From assembly GCA_902511405.1 (NCBI GenBank), contig CABXEZ010000002.1:22304-86303 (forward strand): DNA of 64,000 nt. Reading direction: 5' to 3'. This DNA comes from an uncultured Alphaproteobacteria bacterium (lineage in GTDB: Bacteria; Pseudomonadota; Alphaproteobacteria; HIMB59; GCA-002718135). The translations under genes were made by a program, and so were the position numbers. Shown in pieces: positions 57,326 to 64,000 of the stretch. How positions within the stretch are numbered: the stretch's first letter is position 1; each line of letters starts with the position of its first letter. The notes below the pieces were generated by a model that ran no database searches, was not told where the DNA came from, and was given only the letters and a program-made list of their open reading frames with translations.

Positions 57326-58606
57326 TCAAAAATAAGTTAGTATTCCATCAACGACATTGTAGTCATCATCAACAACAGGGATAAATTTCCATTTATCAAA
57401 TGCTGTGCATGGATGAGAAATTCCTGAACAAATCATATCGCCTATTTTCCATTTATGATTATCGGGAAGTCTAACAAAAGCATGTTGGTCATTTGTGCTA
57501 AAGATCTCTACTTCACCAACATCTAAAAAACCTTCGCCAGGTCTAAATCTTTTAATAGGCTTGGGTAAACCGGCATCGTAAGGAGCATCTCTTTTCCCCA
57601 TAGTTAAAAAGGCTAAATTTTTCTCAGGAATAGATTGGACATAAGACCAAATTTCAAGTGCTGGTTTTAAAGATTGATCCCATTGTCTATTTACGTCATC
57701 TTTAGCTGTTTTAAGCGCATCAAAATAAGGTCCATGGTCATGGGTAATGTAGCAACCACTTCTAAGTAAAACTTTAATTGGTACGTTAAGTTTAATTTTA
57801 GAAAATCTCTCTCCCACAATGTCAAAATGAGTAGAGCCACCTGCTGTTATTAATAACTCATCGAGATTAGAATAATAATTTAATGGAATGTCATTAATAA
57901 TATCCTCAATTTTTGAACAAAAATCATGAACAACATTTGAACCCTTCATTGCAACTGCAGCTATACCTTCATAAGATGAAATTCCTGCAAATTTAAAATT
58001 TTTTGATTGATCATTTCCAATCTCATTAACTAGTTGTAAAAAATCTTCTTTTTTACGAATACCCGTTCGACCATTTTCAGCACCTATTTCAGGAAGTAAA
58101 TTTATTGGATTGATTAAATTGTAATTACCTAGATTTTTTTTCATATTAAGAAATTGATCAATAGAATCAACAAAGCAATAAAAAGAAAAGTTTATATTTT
58201 GATTAATATACGATGCTATTGTTTCTAAATGTGATTTACCGAGTAGCTGGTTGGCAAGTAAAACTTTATTAATACCAAAATTAAACATAACTTGAATTTG
58301 ATTAATTGCCCCAGCAGTAATTCCCCAAGCGCCGTACTTAATTTGATCCGCATAAATTTGAGGTGCCATCGTTGTTTTACCGTGAGGTGCAATCTCTAAA
58401 TAATGTTTTTCCAAATATTTAGAAAAAGTTTTTAAATTATGAAAATAATTTTTTTGTTTTAACACCATTAAAGGCATCGGCATGTCTTCATTTAAAATAT
58501 TCCATTTTTTATTTTTTAATTCCTTCAGAGGAAATGGTTCGACTGAACCTGGAATACCTTTGATGCACCTATCTAAAATAGTATTTTGAATTCCTTCTAA
58601 ATCCAT
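57326..58606 (-). CDS. alanine-racemase-fold PLP enzyme, D-serine dehydratase-like (DSD1) family
   Basis: 426 aa. ...IAPHGKTTMAPQI... is the PLP-lysine context. The TIM-barrel N-domain plus the C-terminal ...DQHAFV...GD.....ISHPCTAFDKW... resembles DSD1/D-threonine aldolase-type enzymes. Confidence 0.6.
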   Translation of the reverse strand: MDLEGIQNTILDRCIKGIPGSVEPFPLKELKNKKWNILNEDMPMPLMVLKQKNYFHNLKTFSKYLEKHYLEIAPHGKTTMAPQIYADQIKYGAWGITAGAINQIQVMFNFGINKVLLANQLLGKSHLETIASYINQNINFSFYCFVDSIDQFLNMKKNLGNYNLINPINLLPEIGAENGRTGIRKKEDFLQLVNEIGNDQSKNFKFAGISSYEGIAAVAMKGSNVVHDFCSKIEDIINDIPLNYYSNLDELLITAGGSTHFDIVGERFSKIKLNVPIKVLLRSGCYITHDHGPYFDALKTAKDDVNRQWDQSLKPALEIWSYVQSIPEKNLAFLTMGKRDAPYDAGLPKPIKRFRPGEGFLDVGEVEIFSTNDQHAFVRLPDNHKWKIGDMICSGISHPCTAFDKWKFIPVVDDDYNVVDGILTYF

Positions 58607-59430
58607 TAGGATTTAAATTTCTCAAATTCGTTTACTAAATTTTCAGCATAATCTGCAAGTGCAATTACATCTGCACCAATATTTAAAAGATTATAGCCCA
58701 TATCAATTAACTGTTTTGCAATTTTAGGACTCCCTTGAGTCGCAGCAATTTTATTATTCTTTCTTGCCACTTCAGCAACTTTTTTTCTTGCGCCAACAAC
58801 ATCTGGGTGATCCATTTGACCAGGAAAGCCAAGTGAAAGTGAGTAATCTCCTGGTCCAAAAAATAGTGCATCCACTCCATCCATTTCAGCTATAGCCTCA
58901 ACATCATTTATTACTTCTGGTGTTTCTATTTGATAAATTACTAATCTTTCTTGATTTGCTTGTTTGATATAATCTAACATATTAAGTTTTGTATATTTTC
59001 CATCATTATTACCTCCATCAACTCCTCTTTTTCCTATAGGTGGAAATTTTGTAAACTCTTCAATTTCTTTTGCGTCTGATAAACTTTTTATTTGAGGTAT
59101 TATTAAACCTGTACAATCAACTTCGAAACCTCTGATGTAATTACTATAACTACCTCTATTAACACGAAGTAAAGTATCAACATCATAAATTTTTGCAGCA
59201 TTGCTCTGATTTTCAGCTTGGTTGAAATCTGATGATCCATGCTCCATATCCAGCCATATTCCATCAGGTTGAGCAAGAGCAAATATTTCTGCTATTTTAG
59301 TATCTACAGTATTACATTTAAGAGTTGTTGCTACTTTACCTTGATCAATTGTCCTTTTAATTCTACTTTTACGAAAAATATTAAAAGGCCTAGAGTCATT
59401 ATCACTTAAAGTATTATCATATTTAGTCAT
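58606..59430 (-). CDS. HpcH/HpaI family aldolase
   Basis: 274 aa. ...DGIWLDMEHGS..., ...LLRVN... and ...QIETPE...N..EIA...GVDALFFGPGDYS... are class II aldolase (HpcH/HpaI) motifs. Confidence 0.75.
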   Translation of the reverse strand: MTKYDNTLSDNDSRPFNIFRKSRIKRTIDQGKVATTLKCNTVDTKIAEIFALAQPDGIWLDMEHGSSDFNQAENQSNAAKIYDVDTLLRVNRGSYSNYIRGFEVDCTGLIIPQIKSLSDAKEIEEFTKFPPIGKRGVDGGNNDGKYTKLNMLDYIKQANQERLVIYQIETPEVINDVEAIAEMDGVDALFFGPGDYSLSLGFPGQMDHPDVVGARKKVAEVARKNNKIAATQGSPKIAKQLIDMGYNLLNIGADVIALADYAENLVNEFEKFKS

Positions 59431-59444
59431 ATTTTTATCCTTTG

Positions 59445-60236
59445 TTATTTTGCAGTATAACCACCATCAACTGCGATGATTGTTCCAGTTAAATAGGCTG
59501 AAGAATCTGATGCTAAAAAGATTATTGGTCCTTTTAAATCACTACTGTTTGCCATTCTCCCTAACTGTGTTCTCTTACTATAATTTTCAACAAAACGCTG
59601 AGGATGTGATGGAACCTTAAAACCACCTGGAGCCAAGCAATTCACACGAATGTTAAATGGACCTAACATACTTGCAGCCCATCTAGTAAAATTATGCATT
59701 CCACCTTTTTCATAGAAATAAAGTGGTGATGTTGCAGGGGTAAAATCCGTTCCTTCATAATTGCCATTTTCCACTCCAACAGTACCCATCATAGAACCAA
59801 TATTTATAATTGATCCAGAGTTGTTTTTTTTCATATCTTCCGAAAACATTTGGGTTATCTTAAATAATGCTGAAGCGTTAATACGTAAACTTTTATCAAA
59901 ATCATCTAAAGTATTTTTCCAACCTGCACTTCCAAATTCCCTTGAAACAGCATTGTTAATTAAAATGTCACATTTGCCACTTTTCTCAATAATATCACGA
60001 TGAAGACTTTCTATAGATTCATCTTCAGATAAGTCTAATTTCATTGCTGTAACATTATGACCTCTTTCAAATTCTTCTTTAGCCACTTGCTGTAAGCTCT
60101 CTAAATTTCGAGAAGCAGTATAGGTTTCTGCGCCTGCCTCTGCCAACGCTTCCACAATTTGCCTGCCATATAAACCTGCACCACCTGTAACAAGCGCTAC
60201 TTTACCTTTTAAAGAAAAACTCTCTAATACATTCAT
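59445..60236 (-). CDS. short-chain dehydrogenase/reductase (SDR)
   Basis: ...VALVTGGAGLYGRQI..., NNAV, and a C-terminal ...YLTGTIIAVDGGYTA. Confidence 0.85.
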   Translation of the reverse strand: MNVLESFSLKGKVALVTGGAGLYGRQIVEALAEAGAETYTASRNLESLQQVAKEEFERGHNVTAMKLDLSEDESIESLHRDIIEKSGKCDILINNAVSREFGSAGWKNTLDDFDKSLRINASALFKITQMFSEDMKKNNSGSIINIGSMMGTVGVENGNYEGTDFTPATSPLYFYEKGGMHNFTRWAASMLGPFNIRVNCLAPGGFKVPSHPQRFVENYSKRTQLGRMANSSDLKGPIIFLASDSSAYLTGTIIAVDGGYTAK

Positions 60237-61196
60237 TTATTTACCTCCATTAAAAGATATTTTAACTCCACCCTTATCTCTACTTTCAATACCAGCTGCA
60301 ACTAGCTGTATTAGTTCATAAGTTTCACTCCAAGGAAAAGGTCTTATTCCAGTTCGTAGATAATCTACAAATGCCACTAATTGTTTTTTAAAAGCATAAA
60401 ATGTGTCTTTATGTTGAAATTGTATATTGTTAATAGTTCCAACTAGTGACACAAGTCCAAAACCACCATACATATCATATATATCAGCAATATTAATATC
60501 TATACTTGATTTATGCCTTATATGAAGAAAATTTCTATTTTTACGACCAGTATTTTGAATAGACTCAAACCCTGGTCCTAAAATAGGATACATTAATTCT
60601 AAAGCATGAATTCCATAAGTCTCCCAACTTTTTGCCATGGTCACGCTTACATATTGCAACTTACCTAATTCATAGGTCGATTGATGATATGGTTCTGCTT
60701 CTTTTGCATACCTCATTGCAGAGGAGCTAAGTATATTACTACCTTCTTTAACCCATTTATCAAAAGTCTCTAAATCGGCTAAACTATCACAAAGAGGCTT
60801 ATCAACAAAAATAGGGATGCCAGCCTCTACAAATGGCCTACACCTTGATACGTGTTCTGAACCTATATCTGTTGAGATTAAAACAGCATCGACTTTTCCA
60901 ATTACATCTTCAGGTTTCTCGACAATATTAGGAATTTTTGCAATATCTGAAACTAATTTTGATTCTTTCACATCTTCTGTCCAGACATGGGTTACTTTAG
61001 TATTTTTTATACCAAGTGTATTTTTTGGTTGTTTAGAAATATAATCAATTATTCCTGGATAAGGGCATTTTGATAATGATTTTAAGTCATAATCACCATT
61101 TATTATAATACTCCATGAATAAGCGTGACCATTTCCTTCAGTCATTCCTAACATTGCTAATTTAATATCTTTATTGTGAAATGGAAAATTCAACAT
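60237..61196 (-). CDS. Gfo/Idh/MocA-like oxidoreductase (divergent)
   Basis: 319 aa. ...KLAMLGMTEGNGHAYSW... N-terminus and ...PIFVDKPLC... (EKP-like motif). Confidence 0.55.
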   Translation of the reverse strand: MLNFPFHNKDIKLAMLGMTEGNGHAYSWSIIINGDYDLKSLSKCPYPGIIDYISKQPKNTLGIKNTKVTHVWTEDVKESKLVSDIAKIPNIVEKPEDVIGKVDAVLISTDIGSEHVSRCRPFVEAGIPIFVDKPLCDSLADLETFDKWVKEGSNILSSSAMRYAKEAEPYHQSTYELGKLQYVSVTMAKSWETYGIHALELMYPILGPGFESIQNTGRKNRNFLHIRHKSSIDINIADIYDMYGGFGLVSLVGTINNIQFQHKDTFYAFKKQLVAFVDYLRTGIRPFPWSETYELIQLVAAGIESRDKGGVKISFNGGK

Positions 61197-61208
61197 ATTA
61201 TTTTATAC

Positions 61209-61988
61209 TTACCATGATGTCCAACCTCCATCAACTTTTAGTACTTGGCCAGTTATATAACTAGAAGCTTTAGATAATAAAAAAATTATTGGGCCTGCTA
61301 TTTCTTTAGATTCTCCTAATCTTTTTAGCATTGTTGAGTCTCTAAGATTATCTAAAAATTCTTTATTATAATTATCATTTTTTTTAATGTCTGGAAAAGG
61401 TCCTGGTGCAATTGCATTTACTCTTATATTTTTGGGACCATAATGAGATGCAAGATACTTTGTTAATTGAATTAGTCCTGCTTTTCCTGCTCCATACTCA
61501 ATTGGATTTGGATTAATTCCCTCTGGATATAAATTTGGTTTGGGAGAAACTATTCCATACATTGATGTAAACATGATAATACTTCCACCCTCTTTCATTT
61601 TAGTTATTGCGTGTCGCGATAATAAAAAAGATCCAGTGAGGTTAATTTCATTAGCATTATTAAATTCTTCTGCAGTAAGTTCTTCCAATGCCTTACCTGT
61701 AGCACCGTAGGTCGCATTAATTAAGCCATTAATATTCTTGAAGTACTCATTTGTTTTATTAACACTTTCGATGATAGATTTTTCATTTTTTATATCTAAC
61801 ATAGTTGAAAAAATTTTACTGTCTGGAAATTTTTGAGTTAATGAATTTTTTAAAGAATTAATTTTTTCTACATTTATATCAGCGATACATATATTTCCAT
61901 TATGTAAAAGGATAGCTTCACATAACTGTGAACCTAAATATCCAGCACCACCTGCTACTAAAATTGTTTTATTTGTTAAATCAAACAT
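61209..61988 (-). CDS. short-chain dehydrogenase/reductase (SDR)
   Basis: ...ILVAGGAGYLGSQL..., the catalytic YGAGKAGL, and ...YITGQVLKVDGGWT. Confidence 0.85.
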   Translation of the reverse strand: MFDLTNKTILVAGGAGYLGSQLCEAILLHNGNICIADINVEKINSLKNSLTQKFPDSKIFSTMLDIKNEKSIIESVNKTNEYFKNINGLINATYGATGKALEELTAEEFNNANEINLTGSFLLSRHAITKMKEGGSIIMFTSMYGIVSPKPNLYPEGINPNPIEYGAGKAGLIQLTKYLASHYGPKNIRVNAIAPGPFPDIKKNDNYNKEFLDNLRDSTMLKRLGESKEIAGPIIFLLSKASSYITGQVLKVDGGWTSW

Positions 61989-61991
61989 AAT

Positions 61992-62996
61992 CTATTCTAT
62001 TGAAATAATTTTTTTTTCTTGCCACGATTGTTTAGCTGCAAACACAACTTTAAGATTTAATTTTGCCTCTTCTAATGTTGCTAAATCACATTCTTTTCCT
62101 TCAAGACCATTTAGAATTCTCTCTGCTTGTAATAAAAAATTATTTTGATGCATCTCCATTGGGTCTAGTCCTTGCATATAATCTTTTTCCTCTTTCCACT
62201 TTCCCGAATCATCATCTGCAAATCGCAAAATAGAATGATCTAGTTTTAAATTACCTTTAGTCCCAATGAACTCATAAGAATTAACATTAGGTTTTTGAAA
62301 TTGATTAACAGTGATATTAGCCATAATACTATTCTCAAAACGAATATTTATTAAGCAAGTATCTTCTGTATTAATTCCTTTTAAAACTAATCGATCAAAC
62401 ATACAGCTTACCTCTTTTGGTTTTCCAATTATCCAAATTAATTGATCTATCATATGTGTTGCTGCATCAAGTATTGCTCCTCCTCCCATCTCTGGGTGTG
62501 CGTAATATATCGTTTGATAATCAGGTCTATATTTTGGAAATTCTTGAGAAGAGTTGATGTATACTAACTTTACATCACCAACTTTATTATTATCAATTTG
62601 ATCCTTTAAAGCTCTAGATACATGGCTGTTCCTTCTCGTATAACCAACTCTTGCAAATAAATTATTTTTTTCTACTAATTGAATGATTTCATCAACTCCC
62701 TCCATACTAGTTGAAAGAGGTTTTTCTACCATGAATGATAAGTTATTTTGAGCACATATTTTCATCGCATCGACATGCATATTTGCAGGGGAACAAATGA
62801 CAGCGAGATCAAAATGATCTAAGTTTGCTTGCTCAATGCTCGTATAAGTTTTGTCTATAGAAAATTCTTTTTGAATAATATTTATTTTTTTATCATCAGG
62901 CTCAACAATAGAAAGGGTTGCCCTGTTAGTAGATAGATATCCCTTTATATGACGTCTTCCAATTCCACCGGCACCTATTATTAATACATTTTTCAT
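61992..62996 (-). CDS. Gfo/Idh/MocA family oxidoreductase
   Basis: 334 aa. Rossmann motif VLIIGAGGIGRRH and the EKPLS motif (...FMVEKPLSTS...). Confidence 0.8.
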   Translation of the reverse strand: MKNVLIIGAGGIGRRHIKGYLSTNRATLSIVEPDDKKINIIQKEFSIDKTYTSIEQANLDHFDLAVICSPANMHVDAMKICAQNNLSFMVEKPLSTSMEGVDEIIQLVEKNNLFARVGYTRRNSHVSRALKDQIDNNKVGDVKLVYINSSQEFPKYRPDYQTIYYAHPEMGGGAILDAATHMIDQLIWIIGKPKEVSCMFDRLVLKGINTEDTCLINIRFENSIMANITVNQFQKPNVNSYEFIGTKGNLKLDHSILRFADDDSGKWKEEKDYMQGLDPMEMHQNNFLLQAERILNGLEGKECDLATLEEAKLNLKVVFAAKQSWQEKKIISIE

Positions 62997-63102
62997 CTTT
63001 TATTTTTTGAAAACCTTAATTTTATTGACCAATTTTAAATAGTATGTTGTTATATTAAAGAGATAACTTAAAGTGTCAATTAATTAGAATTTTATAAAAA
63101 CC

Positions 63103-63759
63103 ATGAATAACAATATCGATGTATACAAAAAAAACTTATATTCTGCAGTTATAGCAGATACTTTAGACTCTCTTGGATATCACAAACAGGTTTTAACACC
63201 TGGCATCACTTCCTTAGATCCAAATGTAAAAATTTGTGGATTAGCAAGAGTGGGATTATATATGCCCATTTATCATGACGATGAACATGTCAATGTTTAT
63301 GAACATGAAATTGCTTTAGTAGATAGTCTACAAGAAAATGAAGTTGCCGTATTATGTTGTCATGGTAATAAAAAAATTGCACCTTGGGGTGAATTACTCT
63401 CAACGAGAGCAAGTTATCTAAAGTCTGCTGGCTGCCTTACTGATGGATGTGTCAGAGATGCAGATATGATTAGAGAAATGAATTTTCCAGTTTTCTCTAA
63501 AGGAACAAATCCTGTAGATACAAAATTTCGTGGAAAAATGATGATGGCTGATGTTCCTGGTGAAATTAGTGATGTTAGAGTGGAAAGTGGTGACTTGGTA
63601 TTTGGCGATAATGATGGGGTAGTGATTGTTCCATCAAAAATAATTGAAGAAGTTACTTCAAAAGCTCTTGATAAAGTAAATAGTGAAAATACTGTGAGAG
63701 ATGAAATTAAACAGGGTGAAAAACTCACCGATATTTTTGAAAAACACGGAATATTATAA
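63103..63759 (+). CDS. RraA family protein (4-hydroxy-4-methyl-2-oxoglutarate aldolase / oxaloacetate decarboxylase-like)
   Basis: 218 aa. ...GELLSTRASYLKSAGCLTDGCVRD... and ...VFGDNDGVVIVP... match the RraA-family motifs. Confidence 0.75.
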   Translation: MNNNIDVYKKNLYSAVIADTLDSLGYHKQVLTPGITSLDPNVKICGLARVGLYMPIYHDDEHVNVYEHEIALVDSLQENEVAVLCCHGNKKIAPWGELLSTRASYLKSAGCLTDGCVRDADMIREMNFPVFSKGTNPVDTKFRGKMMMADVPGEISDVRVESGDLVFGDNDGVVIVPSKIIEEVTSKALDKVNSENTVRDEIKQGEKLTDIFEKHGIL

Positions 63760-63765
63760 ATTTTT

Positions 63766-64000
63766 TTATAAAAAATTATTTTCTACAACTACTGCCCAAT
63801 GATCAGGAAATCTTTCCTTAAAAAGGTTTAATGCTTTTTCAGCACTGTCTTTTTTTTCAAAGGCGGAATAAATACAAGACCCACTTCCTGTTAATCTAGA
63901 AAAGATAACATCAGAAAACCCTCTCATAAATTTTAACAACGTTGCAATTTCTGGGTATTTACGATCAGCAATTACTTCAAAATCATTTCCCATATCAAAT
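63766..64000 (-). CDS. ispE: 4-diphosphocytidyl-2-C-methyl-D-erythritol kinase, C-terminal part (gene runs off the right edge)
   Basis: ...NDFEVIADRKYPEIATLL.......SRLTGSGSCIYSAF... parallels the E. coli IspE C-terminus (NDCEVIARKRFREV...SRLTGTGACVFAEF). The reading frame stays open to position 64000. Confidence 0.8.
   Translation of the reverse strand, partial: FDMGNDFEVIADRKYPEIATLLKFMRGFSDVIFSRLTGSGSCIYSAFEKKDSAEKALNLFKERFPDHWAVVVENNFL

Noticed and set aside
34005-63765. The whole 30-kb metabolic island considered as a tRNA-Gln-integrated mobile element
   Set aside because: It lies on the 5' side of the tRNA rather than the 3' side used by integrases. There is no second att repeat near ispE and no recombinase or transfer genes. 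It is reported only as a possibly flexible metabolic island.

Overview
This window is AT-rich, gene-dense and streamlined. From gene content and style it looks like a SAR11/Pelagibacterales-type alphaproteobacterial chromosome segment; that is an inference, as no search was run. It has three parts.

(1) Positions 1-19.6 kb are conserved core: etfBA, a dimethylglycine-dehydrogenase-type flavoprotein, a GcvT-family demethylase, apaG, trkH, argF-argD, recX, an MscS channel, glutathione peroxidase, groES-groEL with a perfect CIRCE operator, and sppA. Three neighbouring envelope genes (DsbA-like, OmpA-like, trkH) are each broken by one extra base in a 7-nt homopolymer.

(2) Positions 19.6-34.0 kb are a flexible region built around two minus-strand tRNA genes.
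- An intact tRNA-Arg(ACG) is preceded by five progressively decayed direct repeats of its 3' end. These delimit small cargo cassettes: a GT61 glycosyltransferase, a PQQ-type sugar dehydrogenase, a DEDDh exonuclease, an FkbM methyltransferase plus a GT61 pseudogene, and two secreted proteins.
- An intact tRNA-Gln(UUG) has a perfect 53-nt 3' repeat 1.6 kb away. The repeats enclose a tiny recombinase-less element with two DNA-binding ORFs, a membrane ORF and GC-rich repeat motifs.
- Large low-complexity secreted proteins lie between the two tRNA loci.

(3) Positions 34.1-63.8 kb are a ~30 kb metabolic island ending at ispE. It holds a Dpp/Opp-type ABC importer whose binding protein appears circularly permuted, and an M81 (MlrC-like) peptidase. 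It also has two DHDPS/NanA-family lyases, class III and IV aminotransferases, three PhyH dioxygenases and two PanB-like paralogs. The remaining genes are a BNR/sialidase-like protein, a NagA-like amidohydrolase, an MFS transporter, SDR and Gfo/Idh/MocA oxidoreductases, HpcH and RraA-type aldolases, RidA and a GntR regulator.

I recognised no integrase, transposase, CRISPR array or rRNA anywhere in the window. All homology calls rest on motifs recognised by eye in the supplied translations, and none was confirmed by a database search.
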